This document shows, piece by piece, positions 13,926-28,900 of a DNA stretch of 64,000 bases. The stretch is from Gonapodya sp. JEL0774 (Eukaryota): positions 1-64,000 of the forward strand of contig JADIIX010000094.1 in assembly GCA_027604505.1 (NCBI GenBank), written 5' to 3'. A program made the translations under genes and the position numbers. Within the stretch, counting starts at the first letter, position 1. Every line of letters begins with the position of its first letter. The notes beneath the pieces were generated by a model, which made no database searches, was not told the origin of the DNA, and saw nothing but the letters and a program-made list of their open reading frames with translations.

Positions 13926-16802
13926 CTACGACTCTGACACATTCCACTTCCCTCCTACCCCTGCCGTTGCCCAAGCCTTGCCACTCTGCGCCTTCTGCCT
14001 CTTAAATACCACCGCGTCGTTTCTCTCCGTGGTGGGGTTCGCAGCTTTGGACGCCTTGGCTTTGGCCTCGGCCTCGGCGTGCTTGTGGATGGCGATGCGA
14101 CGGTCTTCAATTTTGCGCTCCTGTAGTGGGATTTGCAAAATACTGAGCATAAAGTGAAGGCAAAACGAGGATTGAACAGAGCTCACCTCTTCTTTCTTTT
14201 TCTCGATCCCAAACATCATCCTCTCGTACAACCTCTTATCCCGCTTGCTCATCATCGCTTTCCTCAACTCCACCTTGTCCTTCGCTTCTTCCTCCTTCTT
14301 CTTTTGCTCTTCTTCCTCTCTTTTCCTCTTTCCCGTTCGCCCACCGGAGGCAAGTTGCTTTGCTGCGGCGAGTTCGGAGGCAAAACCTGAAGAAGACATG
14401 CCCTGGGATTCAGCTTCAAGTTCGAGCGAGTGGAGGAAGGTGGGGTCTGAAAGATCTGCGAGGGTGTGCGGCCGGGAGAGAAGGGGAAGCTGAGCAGAGA
14501 GGGACAGAGGGAACAATGAACATCATCAGAAGAACACATCGAAGGCTCTGTAGCACTTACTTTGCTCGCCGATCTGCCCGCATTTGCTAGCGGTTTCTTC
14601 GCCTCTGCTCGTCCTGCTCGATTTGCGGTTGCTTTGCCGTTTGCGCCAGCCCGCTCCTTAGACGCTGCTGTCCTTTTCTTGGTGACAGTAGCCTCCACCT
14701 CACTGTCCGTATCGTCCTCCAAAACACCTTCCAATCTTCCTTCTTCATCCAAGTCCACTCCCAAATCACTTCCCTCAATATCTTCATCCACAACACCATC
14801 AGCCTCCTCTGTTTCATCACCCGCCTCCTCATCCTCTTCCTCAGCTTCCACCTTCCACTCCTCCCTTCCCTCAAACTCCACCCCCTTTGCAATGTCCTCC
14901 GCGCTCCGGCCCCACGGGCTCCTGTGGGGCGGAAGAACGCATCCTTCGTCCGCTCGGTATGGCCACTCGTCCAAAGCCTTGGTCGCGTTGACACTGTCAA
15001 ATACCCATTGTGGCTGCACGTACACCCGGTCAAAGAGCTTGTGTACGAGGGGACGGTCCGTTAGGTGATGAGTGATGGGTGGTACCTCGGTGCGGGAGTT
15101 AGCGTACGGATGGATAGAATAAGGGGAAGAGGGGTGATCTACTGTGATATACCGTGCACCGTGTGCGCGAAGAAGATACAGGAGAGCGGCGACGGGAGTT
15201 TCGCGGGAGACGAAGAGGTGGAAGGGGGTGAAGATACCGGGAGGGCTTAATACGGCGGACGTAGGCGTGGGAATCGGGGTGGAGGATTCTACATCGGCAA
15301 TTTCACCACCACGAGAACTAGTCATCGTTGTGGTAGAGGGGAGCGTGGCGAGTTTTGAATCAAGAGAGGCAACGCGGGCGGATAACGCATGGTCAACCTC
15401 CATTGCGTCTCCTTCCACCCCATTGTCGGACGCGTCGCCATGGACTGACTGTGCCCCTCCGTTTGTCCGTTCACCAATCTTCCTCACAACGTCCTCGCCC
15501 TCCCATTTTTCTTCGCTCACAATTGCCGCAGCGACCCATCTGACAGCCTCTGAGGAGGACTCTGTGCCATCCTTTGCTTCTCCTGTTCTTTCGCCACTCT
15601 TTGCGGTTGGTCTCTCGGATTCTTTGAAGTCAAGTGCTATGCGGGGAGGGTAAGAGAGGTTGGCGTCCGTGAAAAGCTTGTGGTTCACAAATCGAACCAA
15701 AGTGGTGTACAGTTGGAGGAATGTAAGCAGGATCCTGAGGTCCACGGTGGCGGGAATCTTTGAACGTAATGATGGCGAGATATATCACGTTATGCCCTGG
15801 TTAGCAAACATCACTCAGTGCTCACCCCAACGTTGAACTCGTGAGGCACAACCCAAACCACCTCCTGTTCCGCCCCACCAACATCCACACCATAGTACAC
15901 GCCTTTGATACTAACAAATGACCTCTTCAACAATCCTCGGCGTGCGGTGATGTACTGCCACTCAGCGCAAAGTCGGTGGCACATGGCAAGTGTCGCCGAA
16001 GGAATGGTAGTGAGAGAGGGGGTCTTACCAGCAGGGAGATTGAGAAAAGAATGCAGGAGGGTAAGGGCGTCGGGAAGGTCGTGGAGGGCGGAGGAAAATG
16101 TGGGATAGCTGGCAATAATGAATGGCGTGGGGTGATGGGGCCGCAATATGAGTGCGAAGTTGCTTTAGTCAGTTCCATGCATGCTAACAGCGGACGCACA
16201 ATGACTACTAGGATGTGAATCTTCTATCTGTCACGAATTCTGCCCTCACGCGCACATGTTCTCACATGGAACAGTCGCAGAGGCATCACAGGTCAAGGGA
16301 CCGTAAGAGCCGCAAGGAAAAAACTCACCGTTCTTTGATAATGTGCTCGATGCCAATTTCCTGCATCTTCCATTCTCTCTCCAGGTTAGCCATGACTGTG
16401 TCACTCTCCCCTTTCGCAGCTGCCTTCCTGATTTTCCTCAAGTAAATCTTGTTTCTCCTAAACTGCATCACCAGCGGCTCGTGAAGTAAGTATTGAATGT
16501 CCTTTGTATAGTAGTATGTTCTGGGAGCCGTTGAAGCTCCCATCTTCTTTAGTGCAGCCGTGGGAACAGCTCGAGGATACACCCCCTTGAGGATGCATAG
16601 CTTTCTGAAATCCGCTAGGGAAACTTGCAGCTTTTTGACAGCTCGGGTGCGAGAGATGAAGTTTGAAGCTGCTCCGCGATCTCCCTGTTCGATTCAGGGT
16701 AAGAGAGCGGGAAGAAGAACCAATGTGTATCGTATAGCTCACCGTGGCCAGCGTTCACGTACAGTCAATGGCTGCACATACCTTCTTCTTTGCTTTTCCC
16801 AT
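13926..16802 (-). CDS. NOP7: Pescadillo/Nop7 (PeBoW complex, 60S biogenesis)
   Basis: MGKAKKK start; ISRTRAVKKLQVSLADFRKLCILKGVYPR; YYYTKDIQYLLHEP; YPTFSSALHDLPDAL; BRCT ITHHLTDRP...YVQPQWVFDSVN; LPPHRSPW; MMSKRDKRLYERMMFG. Confidence 0.95.
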
Positions 16803-17734
16803 CGTGACTCAAGAGTGAAAGTTCTTGGGCGATTGCCGAACACGGGGTGGGCTTCCCACTTTACTGGTGTACACTCCAAAAAGAGAAAAACGCAACAACC
16901 ACCACCCAATAAATAGACACTCAACTTGTTTGAGAAAGTCATATGTGAGGCGCCTCTGACACAATCTAGCACGAAAGAATCACCATCACTATTAGAGGAC
17001 GCGGCTTTGGTTATCGAACGAAAGCACCCTCCCCCTAATCACCGCTCGGATAGTAAATTTGTGTCCGTATTTCATTTATCTGAGGAGTTGAAGAGTATGC
17101 ATGGATTTAGTCTCTGAGTGTTGTATTGCTCTGCCTGGACACATAACGAACTCACACCCACTGTTTGCAACATTTTCTACGGAGTATATACAATGAAACG
17201 AAGTAGAGCAGCCCCATCTCTTGAGTGCGTACCGTGACACGCCGTGCACATTATAGTCTAATAAGACTGCCCAACGAACTAATCAGTTAGCTATTATGTA
17301 GACCGTTGACAGTCGCAGTTCCCTCCGTCATCTGCGAAATCCACTCAAGACCCAAGCAACTCTTTGCCTTTGGCCCAGGCGAAGGTACGGTGTTGAAGCG
17401 ATGTTGTCATGAGGTCAGCCATATGACCGTCATGTGACTCCCAGTTTGGCAAAATTTCCGATTAGTGTTAGAAAAGTACTCAGCTTGATCATCCCGTCAC
17501 CAATGCATCTTCCGGTGTTTACTGCCAACCATGATGAGGAATATGGCGGGTGGATTGAGAAGCTATTGTATATTACCGTTCTTTTTGTAATTTCACAGGA
17601 GTGGGATTCTTTGATTATTCATTATTCGTGCCTTCCTCCCTCATTCTCAAAACCATTCTCATCCGCTCTGACAGCCGATAATCGTGGCACAAAGCCGAGT
17701 CTCGTTTTCGTCGCTGTGGGACAAGTCCCGTCAG

Positions 17735-20686
17735 ATGGTGCCCCGTGATGAGACTCGAAAGAAGAACGCCGTGAGCCAAACAGGAAGAATCAACACTCCA
17801 TCATCCTCCAGCCAAGTAATGTATATCTTCGTTCCAATAGACGAAAAGCTGTGATTCATGTCGCCGAATTCGTGTTCGGGTGAGTCTCTCCCGCAATAAA
17901 TCCGGGTAAGGCGGAGGTTTCAATCTTCGATCCAAATTGCATTATTCGATAGTGCTCGCAGCGGACATCCGCAGTCGGCTCACCATGCGAACGCTGTGCT
18001 CGATTTGGATTGGAATGCACCTTCGATCACGTACAGGGTAAAAGGTGAGTTGGCAACCTGCAAAGCGAGTAACGAGTATTCTAACTTCCATAACATCCAT
18101 ATACACATCGAAAGGGGCCCCAAAAAGGGGAGCGAATCATCAGTTAGCTCTCGTATAAGCAAGCTCGAGGAGATCGTCTCCTCTGCGGCCAATACACGGC
18201 AGGCGTGTGAGTGCTGTCGGATACTCAACCTGAAACTCTCATCCACTCGCTTGCTTAAATTCGAAGCCAACACCAGTGTCTCTTCATCTCCGTTTGCGTC
18301 ATGGCTTGGTGCAAATTCGATGCCAAGCACTGAGACAGGAAACATTGCCTCACCGTCACACGGTCCATACACCCCGACAGGAATCACCAACCAGCCTTCG
18401 CAGGAGTATTCGTCACATTCAAACAACCCGTACTCTTTCCCTATTATGTCCATTCCCCCGAAAACATTCAATTATAACTTTTCTGCGTCGGCATCGACAA
18501 CTACGTTTCGGACAGAAGACGGGATGCCTTTCCTTGAGGAGAGTTCTCCCTCACCCGGGTCTGAGATTGTTGGATACGAATCTGATTCTCGCCCGCTGCC
18601 CGTGGCGATAATTCACAAGTCCGGTACTGATGGACCATACTTTGGGAGTGGCTACGAAGACTTCGGTGTAGGAGATCGGAGTCAGCTGGACCCTCGAAGC
18701 GGCACGATTCAGCGGCCGGAAGCAGGCAAAGCTCACCCACAAAATCAAATCTTGAGCTTCTTTCTTGACTCGATGGATCCGAATGTGTTGCTGGGTCACT
18801 CCCAGAGAGACCCTTACCTAACACACACTCACCGAACATCCCACGAAGAGCTAGTACCCCCAGCGCCAATCTCTGTAGATCTCAGATATTTACCGACGGA
18901 GCTCCTACAGTATTTTCAACACACACTCTGCACACCCCCACCAGTTCTTGCAACTCCTTTCCGCCAACTCATACCGGCCATCACCAAGCAACAAATTCCC
19001 CCTCAGGTGCTTTACGCCATATTGATTTTATATTTCAAAACTATTGCGGGATACATACCGTGTATACATCCAGAGACTTTTTTGGTGAGTTTCATTCAGT
19101 GATCTCCTAATGTTTATCTTCGACTCATTGCATCGAAAGTCTCGAGTCCATACAGCACCGCCATTTCTTCTCTTCTCCATGTGCGCCCTTGTTGCATCAT
19201 TCTACAATGCCAACCAGCCATTTCCGACACCCTTCACCTCTGATTACTTTCATTCTGAGGCCCAGGCTTTAGTCCTCTCCATTCTGGACAGCCCACCGTG
19301 CATCGAATCCATATGGGGTCTCATTCACTTTTCGTTTGGGTTCATGATCGGTAGTACTATGGATGGGACTACAGCAGACCTGTACTTGGGTGCGGCGATT
19401 TCCATGGCAAAGGCACTGAGCATGGATATGTTGTCGATAACAGTATTATTGGAGTCAGGTTTGTCCGCCGTGCAAGCAGAGGAAAAGTTGCGGACATTGG
19501 AGACGATCTGGTCATTGGACAATTATTTTGCTTCCCGTTTACGCCGGTGAATTAGAAAGCTTGCCTGTTTCAGTACTGATTGCTGTGCTGAACTCACACC
19601 CACCTAGGACCTCAATATTCTCCTTGAACCCCGAATTAATTCCACGATCTGTTGTGAACAGCATCTGGAACCCGTTCTTGGGAACCCCGACAGAGTTTGA
19701 CTGGTCTCTCCATGAAATTGCATCTCTCTTGGGTAAAATTGGTAATATGGACAGCAAAGTAGCTCAGCTCAGTCGGACTGGCGGGGGAGGTGCCACCAGA
19801 ACGCCAGTCACTGCTGTCAAATCAGAAAGTGAAGTGCGGTTTGCAATTACCATCGCAAAGGAGAAGATTCGCAGAGACTTCGAGCATTTCAGGGATAGTG
19901 AGTGCATTATGCTATTGTACACTGCGCTTCTCGCTGACTCGATTTCGAAAGCGCACCCCGATGAGTTCCCCGCATTCCCTCCACTGCCAGATGGCGCGAA
20001 CGTTGTCCTTGCAAACGGGATGCTCGGGGTCGCTGAGACTGAGCACGGTTCCGCAAGAGAAACGAACGCTTCATTTTACGAATACGCTGGGCCGGGTATC
20101 TGTTCGCGTCTTGCATTTCACGCGAAAATGGGATCTGTGCTGCCGATTACAGACATTCATATGAGGGTCGATAATGCGCTGGAGGCTGTGCGACTTGTGT
20201 GAGTCGATGACATCATTGCTTTTCCCAACAGTTACACAGAAGGGCATCGCATATCTAATTCTTGCAATTTCTTTACTCCAGACATCGCTGTGTTGCAGTA
20301 TGCGCCCGCGTCAACTATGAGTGGGTTGATTTGGGTTTTCCACTCGTTTCTTACGCAACGTACTATTGCGCGTTGGAACTCCTGGATATGCACGTAACGT
20401 ACGATGCGGTGCCCAATTTCGATTCCAAAATGGAGCTTATCATTTACGCTCTCCAGGGGTGAGATATTTTGAGTCGCTGTTAACTTCGCCGCTCTGATGG
20501 TTACTCTAATCTGTTCGTGTCCACAGGTTCGGAAAGCGATGGAGTTGTTCCGCGAAGCTAGCGAATGCGCTCACTCAGAGCTTTGCAGCTTCTAAGGGGT
20601 GGAAGTCTGAAGGTCTCTTGAACAGCATCTTATTGAGGGTGGAGGCAAGAGCACGATCTCCCCTGTTCTCCAACACCATTCTGTGA
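17735..20686 (+). CDS. Zn(II)2Cys6 binuclear-cluster transcription factor with fungal middle-homology region (paralog A)
   Basis: Spliced TKSCDSCRRIRVR|CSQRTSAVGSPCERCARFGLECTF, plus YFKTIAGYIPCIHPETF, PPFLLFSMCAL and AISMAKALSM...EEKLRT. Confidence 0.88.
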
Positions 20687-21228
20687 TGATAATTGAACAT
20701 TCCGTGACTGAATTCCTAGCTCTGTGTGCATATACATACATTGTAACCGTCTGTTCTGCTCCTTAGAGTGCTGTGCTACCCTGCGTGTGCTGTTGCTGTA
20801 CTCGAAATACATTTAATCTGTCCCTGTGCAACACGGTTTTCAGCAGGTGGTCACATTGCATCTATGTCACGAATTTAATATCAAGTATGCAGTTGAGAAG
20901 GACTGCAGTGCGCAACGTACTTCCGTCGTGCATGGCGGCAACATTGTGTTTATGCACGGCAAAACGAAGAACAACGAAGAACAACTGGGCAAGTCAGTGA
21001 TGAAAGACATAAGCCTCATTGCATATTCACTTTTCCCGGTCCTACTATGCATGATCCAGATTACATATTATGTAGATCGAGTGGCAAGATGAGGTGTTTT
21101 GAAATTCCCCGAGTTCTGGATCCGGCTACATGATTGCCCGACAGTAATGAATGTAACTGATAAACTTGCAACATTGTCGAACACATATCGATCTTCCATT
21201 GACAAAGGAAGCGACTGAAACTCCCACG

Positions 21229-23486
21229 ATGGCTGACCTCTCGGTGAGCTCGATCGTATGGACGGCGTTTAAACCAAGTGAGTCGAACCCTGCTTCCCGT
21301 TGTTCTCTTTGTCGTTTACGAGCAATCCTTCCCCAAAAAAAACTCTCTTCAACCACGCCATGCGCACCGTTCTACGCAAACACTTAGTTCTGCGTTTGCT
21401 CGGTTCACTATGTAGGTATCAAATGTGCCTGAAACCAGAGTTGTTCTGCACACTGCATGATTACACAGTGTTCTCGAAGCAGCGCAATCGCTTTTGCTTG
21501 CTCGATTGCTTGGAAATCTCCTCACGGTATGTATTTCTTCCATTTTAGTACTTGGATTCTATCTTGCCCGGTCTGGCAAGCTCACCCCTTCAGGTTGCAA
21601 GCAGCTCGCTGCGGTGTGAGTATGTGGAGGTTGTGAATCTGCGCAACATTCATGTCGGTTCAAAACCACCGTGATTTTACAGATACATTTCAGTTCTCTT
21701 CCCCTCTCTTGCCTTCACCAAAACGTTGCTGGCCATAACTTCTTCGAATATCCGATTTCTCGCCCCCATCTCTGTCTTTGTTCTTGTGCATATTGCAATC
21801 GGATTTATTATTGGCTATATCGTCATGCGGTGAGTTCCCCTAATGCTTGATGATATCATACACTGTGGGGCACGGATTGTGGTTTGGGGCGTGTCTTTCG
21901 AAAAATCGTACCTGTTTTTCTGGAATATTACACTATACTTCCTTCCTTATGTTTATAAGTCCTTGAATCCATTTATTCTGATTGACTTCGCTGTTCAGAC
22001 TCTTCACCCGACCCAACTCCCGCCTCCGCTACACCATCCTCTCCGCCCTCGCTTTTGCAAACACTGGCGATATCCCAAACGCTCTTTCTCTTGCAATGGG
22101 CGATCACGCTCCATTCAAGCCTGGGGATGGGCAACTCGGTGTTGCATACGGCAGCTTGTACTTGCTCGTGTTCTCCATGTTTCTCTTTACATTGGGCAGA
22201 AGGCTCGTGGAAATGGACTGGCGGGATGCAAATGTGGAACACGAGGCAGTGGACGGATGGTCCCACCGCAAAGTTGAAGCTCAAGCCCGCGAGGAGCAAC
22301 CGAGTTCCACTCCTAATTCCTCCGGAAATCTCCTCCACCCAACATCCGCACCTCGTGTCGCATCTCGCGCACGCTCTCTGTCACTTCCCCGCCCCCGCCG
22401 AGGCTCGCTCGTGACGATGCCGGAGATCACAGTGGAGACACCAACACCTTTGGCGGAAGCGCTCGCCGGAACAAGCGAAAAGGTTGTTGATGCCAGTGGG
22501 CTAGGGCAACCACAATTACAGGGGTGGAAAGAAGCCGCACTAGGGGAGTTTTATGTGCGTATGTTTGGTCATTCAAGAGTGACGACGCGACCCCATATAT
22601 CTTAATCGTCTCCCCCATGACAGATCTTCATCCCGCGATTTTTTAGCCCTAATATTCTCTCTATCATTTTTGGTATCGTTTTCGCTGTAACCCCCGTCCG
22701 GGGATGGTTCCTCTACTCCCTGGGTTGCACTAGTTCCGGCTCGGCAACGATTTCAGGCACAGACTGCGGTCCGGAACCGCCATTAAATTGGCTTTTCGTG
22801 ATCATGGAATTTTGGGGAGGAGCTGCGCTGCCACTTGGTCTGCTGAACTTGGTGAGTTTCGTTCCGTGTTGTTGCCTGTCAGATATCAATTCTCACCTGC
22901 TCTGTGGAAACTTCCCCTTGGTTGCTCCCCCCTTTCTTCCGTTCTCTCTTTCTTGAAGGGCGCCGCTCTTGGACAAGTCCGCTTATCTACCAGCGTTCCT
23001 ACCTCGTCCGGGTCCCCCACCCTTCGCCAAAGGCTCTCGCTACCCTCCATCTCCCTGCCCCTTCCCTGGCAACTCCTCCTGTCAGTTGTAGTCGCCCGAT
23101 TGGTTATATCTCCCGCGGTGGGATACCCGCTCGTGCAACTTGCGAGTGCCATTGGAGCAGTGCCATGGGATGAGAGAATATTGAGATTCATATTGATGGT
23201 GGACGTGAGTTTGTCGAGGCTCCATCAATCCTGCAGCCTACGAAAGTCTGAGCGTCTCATATTTTCTGTTCGTTGCTCACCTGTCTTTCACTCTCCATCA
23301 CCACCCCGCGGACAAACCGTCTCGTAGTCTGCAGTGCCCACTGCCAACATGATTGTCGCCATGACGCAACTAGCGAGCCCTACAGGTGACGCTAGCCAGA
23401 TCGCATGCGTCTGCCTAGTGCAGTATGCAGTGTGCGGAGTCACCCTGACAGGTTGGCTGGTGGGTGGATTGTACTTGGTGAGCTGA
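21229..23486 (+). CDS. Auxin-efflux-carrier (AEC/PILS/ECM3-like) membrane transporter
   Basis: MADLSVSSIVWTAFKP; FANTGDIPNAL; GVAYGSLYL; FLGGAALPLGLLNLGAALG; VARLVISPAVG; SAVPTANMIVAMTQ; central hydrophilic loop. Confidence 0.85.
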
Positions 23487-24128
23487 TGTGGAAGGGATGG
23501 AAGTGGTTACAGGGGTAATGCCGGAATTGAGAACTATAGAATATAATATAGATTATGCATGTACATAAGTTTTGGTTGCGTGGCAACGCAACGACATAGG
23601 TATGTGATGACTTCAGATGCATGCACACTCGCGATTACATAAGGTGGCGTCACTGAGCCCGCAATCCAAAATTAGCATGCAAAAGTGAGCCAAGCACCGT
23701 TTGTAGGGAAGTTGAAGTGTGTTTAAATCTCCTTCGCAAGACCCACAGGGCGTGTCCTGCGGGGTACTAAGGAGTCACGCCCATGCTTGGCAGAAGATCA
23801 GAGTTTTTGACATTTGTCGCTCGACATAAAGCCAAACGTGGCCCAGGGTACGCCAACGCGGAGGCTGCCACCATTTATGTACCCGGACGTGGAGGCGACC
23901 CAGAATACCCCCGAATCCCTCCTCCATCGCCCACTCCCCTCTCACAAAAGATTTAAATTTGGTGAGAAGAAGACCGAAAGGGCAATCTGGTCCATAAATA
24001 CGGGGTGTGGTAATTAATTCTGGGCCAAGCACTCCCTCAAATAATTAACATGGACCACAGTCACACCACCACACCGACACACCCCAACACTCTCTCGACA
24101 TCCATCCATCCAACAGAAGACACTCGCT

Positions 24129-25507
<1,379 letters not shown>

Positions 25508-25936
25508 AGAACTGAAGGTCGGACGGTTGGATTGTGTGGGAGTGGGTGTTTGGGTTTGGTTGTAGTGCTGTCCAGTGTTGTAGCACCGTACGGTCAGGTG
25601 ATGGCAATTATCATGCACATATGAATGCTTTCTGGTGGACCGCTGATTCGGGTATGGGGCGGTAGACGTTTAGGTTCGCGCCGAAAACAGGTTTGAGTGC
25701 AGCAGTACTTGTGGTTGGCGACACAAATGTACAGGCTTGGTGGATTGCCCACTTGCAGGGTGAACGATACCATCCCCACTGCACACGCCCGCGTTTATCC
25801 ATCTTGGACTCTACGCGCCGAATCATCAACCGTTTTTGTTTCCGTGCCTCCCCGCTCTCGACTCCCATCGAAACATCTCCTCTCCCCCCCCGCGACGCTC
25901 ATCGCCCACCGCAACTTCTAAAACACCGTATTCACG

Positions 25937-28900
25937 ATGGCCGACCCCGCTCTTCAGCGGCAGAACCCGAACCGGGCGGCTATCAATGTGGCGTCCGATG
26001 TCGCGCAGGCAAAGTGGAGGTGGGTTGGTGGTGGCAGCGTGGTGCCGGTAGGGTGCGCCGGATCAAGACAATGCCAGCGGCCGCGTGGATGGGGGCAGGG
26101 ATGAATGGTACACCCGAGAGATACATTTATTTACTGCCGCGCGCCTTCTTTTCCCTTATGTGGTCCTTGTCGGACGCGTCGTTCACGACGTTGCTACCGT
26201 TCGACTCTGCCAATAAACCCCACCCGCGGGCAATCTGGAAATAGCGAGAAGCAGTGGGTCTGGGTCACAGATAAAGACGAAGGCTTTTTGTCAGGATGGA
26301 TCAAGGAGCAGAATGGCGACCAGATTGTGGTTCGTTTGAGCAACGAGACTGTGAGTGTCTGCTTTTGCGATGGGATGGACAGATGGATGAGGGGGAAGAC
26401 GCCTAGCTGTTGTTTGTGACGGTGGCCCTCCGTTGTGCGCTCGTTGCCTTGATTGGAAATCGAAATCGGCGTTTCGAGTTCATCGTGCCCCCAGTCGTTA
26501 TGTCTCTCCAATCTTTTACAATCTTGATTATAGGAGAAAACGGTCAACATCAATGACACGGAGAAAATGAACCCTCCAAAGTTCGACAAGGTGAGTTGGA
26601 TTCCACTCCCACTTTGTACAGACTCGGACGCGTTGTTTCACATGTTGCACCACAATTGTACTGAACTTGTATTGGTGAAAGGTTGAGGACATGGCGGACC
26701 TCACGCACCTAAACGAAGCCTCTGTTGTGCACAACCTTCGCCTGCGCTACAACTCCAATCTCATTTATGTTAGTATTTTCTCGCCATGGTGATTTTCCTT
26801 CTCTAGCAAACCAAAATGCTTCATCGCTCGTTTCAAATTACTTCATAGACTTACTCCGGCCTCTTCCTGGTGGCCGTGAACCCTTACCGCCGGCTCCCCA
26901 TCTACACGGACCAATATGTGCAAGCATATCGCGCCAAGCGCCGTGCAGAGGCCCCTCCACATGTGTACGCGCTTGCCGACGCAGCCTACTCGGATATGCT
27001 GGCGTCGAGGGAGAACCAGAGCATCCTCATCACGTAAGTTGGGTCCTTTGAACAATGTTTATCAGAAAGGAAGGGGGTGGTCGATGAGGCTGGGGTATAA
27101 TTGCAAGCCCTGTTCTGTCAAAGTGATTTCGTCGTTCCTCACACTAAATCTGCTTTAATCATCTCTGCCCTCTTGACGCCGCTTGTAGTGGTGAATCGGG
27201 CGCTGGGAAGACCGAAAACACAAAGAAGGTTATCCAGTATTTCGCCGCTACCGCGTTCGACAGATCTCGTGGTGCCAAAGGTGGCGTTCTCGAAGACCAG
27301 ATTCTGCAGGCCAACCCCATCCTCGAGGCGTTTGGTAATGCGCAAACAGTAAGAAACAACAACAGTTCACGATTTGTGAGTCTTGAGCACGGCCAGGGGA
27401 CGTCACCTATGAAGTTTGTTCAATCTTATTGTTCGTTTTTCTTTAAGGGTAAATTTATCCGCATCGAGTTCAACAGTGGTGGCACAATCGCTGGAGCCAA
27501 TTTGGAGCGGTACCTGCTCGAAAAGTCGAGGGTGACACACCGGTCTTCAAAGGAGCGCAGCTTTCACGTATTTTACCAGCTCATGAAGGGCGAGGATGAG
27601 GAACTAAAGCGTATGTGCTGACGTCATGACCGCAGTTGTGTCAGCGAGGGCCTGATATAACCGCAATTCGCTTTGTTAGAGCGTCTCCTGCTCACCGGTA
27701 CACTCAACGACTATCGTTTTATGAAGGCTTCAAACAAGAACATCGAGGATGTAGATGACGCCGTGGATTTCAAAAACTTAAGGGTATGTCATATGTCCTG
27801 AGTTTAATTCAAATATCGAATTGAACTCCTGTGATCAGGAATCCATGCGTGTCATGGGCTTTTCAGCTCAAGACCAATTCGAATTTTTCCGGACTCTTGC
27901 CATCATCCTTCACATCGGCAACATCCAACCTGTTGCCGACACGGACGATCAGGCTGTCCTGCACGATACTTCAGCTGCTGAAAAGGTGTGCCACCTCCTG
28001 GGCATCAACGTGGGCGACTTCGTCAAGGGACTTCTGAAACCAAAGATGAAGGCTGGGCGCGAGGTTGTACAACAAGCTCGTAACGTCTCGCAGGTACTCA
28101 GCAGTACTGAAGCGCTGGCGAAGGCCATGTACGAGAGGATGTTTGGCAAGTTGGTCGATAAAATCAATGAGGCAATGGACAAACCAAGCTCCAAGAACAC
28201 ATTCATTGGTGTTTTGGATATTGCTGGATTTGAAATATTCGAGGTGTGTTTGAGGACGCATGTTGCATTGTTAGAGGTGGAGTATTTATTTTTCTTGTGC
28301 TGGTTTTTTATGCAGAGAAACAGCTTCGAACAAATGTGCATCAACTACACCAACGAAAAGCTCCAGCAGTTCTTTAACCACCACATGTTCATTCTTGAGC
28401 AAGAGGAATATAGGCGTGAGGGCATTGACTGGAAGTTTATCGATTTCGGTCTTGACCTGCAGCCGACGATTGATTTAATCGAGAAGACTTCGGTAAGCAA
28501 GAGACCATCTGACTTTGCTTTATATCCTGCTCATCGACGCATTGCCTGCCCCCGCCATTTCGAATAGCCTATTGGCATTCTGTCATGCCTGGACGAAGAA
28601 TGCGTTATGCCGAGAGCTTCGGATAAAACTCTACTCGACAAACTCGTAAACCTCTGGAAGGGAAAGAGCACCAAGTTCGAAATGCCAAAGATTCCAGGCC
28701 AATCGTTCATACTACAACACTATGCCGGGAAAGTCGAATATAACGTCACCGATTGGCTTGATAAGAACAAGGACCCCCTGAACGACAACGTGACAAAGTT
28801 GATTGCTGAGTCACCGGAAGTTTTCGTTGCGAAACTCTTCTCTGATTACGTCGGAAAAGATGACGTCAATTCCAAGAAGGGGGTGACTTCCATTGTCAAG